The notes below the pieces were generated by a model that was given only the letters and a program-made list of their open reading frames with translations, searched no databases and was not told where the DNA came from. From contig JAACEL010000002.1 in NCBI GenBank assembly GCA_011682535.1, positions 1-35,372 of the forward strand: DNA of 35,372 nucleotides, given 5' to 3'. The first letter of the stretch is position 1. Every line of letters starts with the position of its first letter. Shown piece after piece: positions 34,559 to 35,372 of the stretch. The position numbers were made by a program, and so were the translations under genes. This stretch comes from Nitrospiraceae bacterium. Lineage in GTDB: Bacteria; Hydrogenedentota; Hydrogenedentia; Hydrogenedentales; SLHB01.

Positions 34559-35372
34559 GTGTCTGCAAAACCCTTGGCGCGTCTGGTCCGCAAAGCCCTT
34601 GAGGAAGATGTGGGCCTCGGGGATCTCACCACGAATCTCACGGTCCCGGATGATGCCCGTTGCACCGCCACGCTCGTGGCGAAGGCGGCAGGCGTCCTTA
34701 GCGGCATCGGAGCTTTTCGTGCGGTTTTTGACCGGCTGAAAACCAAGGTTAAAGGCTGGGATGCCATGGCGGATGGCACGGCGTTCCGCGCAGGCGACTC
34801 TATCGCCAGGTTTACCGGTGGCACCCGCGCGGTGCTCACGGGGGAACGCACTGCCATGAACTTTGTGCAGCATTTGTCGGGCGTTGCCACGCTCACGGCC
34901 GAGTTCGTTGCCGCCGTGAAGGGCCTTGACGCCACGATTTGCGATACGCGCAAGACGACGCCCCTTTTGCGCGATTCGGAAAAGGCGGCCGTGTTGCATG
35001 GGGGCGGGTCCAATCATCGCCATGCGCTGTACGACGGCATGCTGATCAAAGAGAATCACATTGCCGCGGCGGGCGGCATCACGGAGGCCATCGAGAAGGT
35101 TTCCCAGGGCGCCCATCATCTTATGAAAATCGAGGTGGAGGTTAGGTCTCTCGATGAGTTGGAGGAAGCGCTGAAGGCCGGGGCGGATGTCATCATGCTT
35201 GACAACATGGGCCTTGACACGATGGCCGCGGCGGTGGACGTGGCCGGCGGCTCGTCCGTGCTGCTCGAGGCGAGTGGAAACATCTCGCTGGACACTGTAA
35301 GGGCCGTGGCGGAGACCGGCGTCCACATCATCTCGGTGGGGGCCTTGACCCATTCCGCGCCCTCGGCGGATC
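34559..35372 (+). CDS. nadC: Nicotinate-nucleotide diphosphorylase (carboxylating) / quinolinate phosphoribosyltransferase, 3' truncated by window edge
   Basis: Not in the ORF track (no stop in window). Read from GTG 34559 after GGAG: ALEEDVGLGDLTT, LTGERTAMN, SGVAT, DTRKTTP, NHR, LIKENHI, IEVEV, IMLDNM, LEASGNI, ISVGALTHS. Confidence 0.95.
   Translation, partial: MSAKPLARLVRKALEEDVGLGDLTTNLTVPDDARCTATLVAKAAGVLSGIGAFRAVFDRLKTKVKGWDAMADGTAFRAGDSIARFTGGTRAVLTGERTAMNFVQHLSGVATLTAEFVAAVKGLDATICDTRKTTPLLRDSEKAAVLHGGGSNHRHALYDGMLIKENHIAAAGGITEAIEKVSQGAHHLMKIEVEVRSLDELEEALKAGADVIMLDNMGLDTMAAAVDVAGGSSVLLEASGNISLDTVRAVAETGVHIISVGALTHSAPSAD

Overview
High-GC bacterial chromosomal window. The gene repertoire and surface-protein style suggest an anaerobic or facultative diderm such as Ca. 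Hydrogenedentota or a PVC-like lineage (inference only). In order it contains: a 20-bp tandem repeat; a minus-strand block REC-HisKA / GT2 / menG-menF-menD; a glutamine-synthetase-family ligase and an SDR separated by a MITE nested in a dispersed palindromic repeat; a secreted FG-GAP/PQQ propeller-DUF4091 (GH123-like) fusion; a four-subunit 2-oxoacid:ferredoxin oxidoreductase operon; a 1515-aa LRR/B-repeat/IPT surface protein; a lipoprotein; an unusual AmmeMemoRadiSam locus; tldD; a DUF4380-like gene; two tandem DUF2961/GH172 genes; a HAD hydrolase; an HTH-REC regulator; tRNA-Thr(CGT) and tRNA-Phe(GAA); and the 5' part of nadC. The best candidate for an undescribed system is 21154-27935. It has a leaderless radical SAM AmrS coupled to a 56-aa Tat/lipobox peptide, a lipoprotein AmrB-AmrA fusion, and a polytopic membrane protein fusing a degenerate spermidine-synthase-like domain, a flavinylation (FMN) domain and NosR-type Fe-S motifs. 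Together these suggest an extracytoplasmic radical-SAM module with its own electron conduit. All family assignments are from motif recognition by eye; no searches were run.
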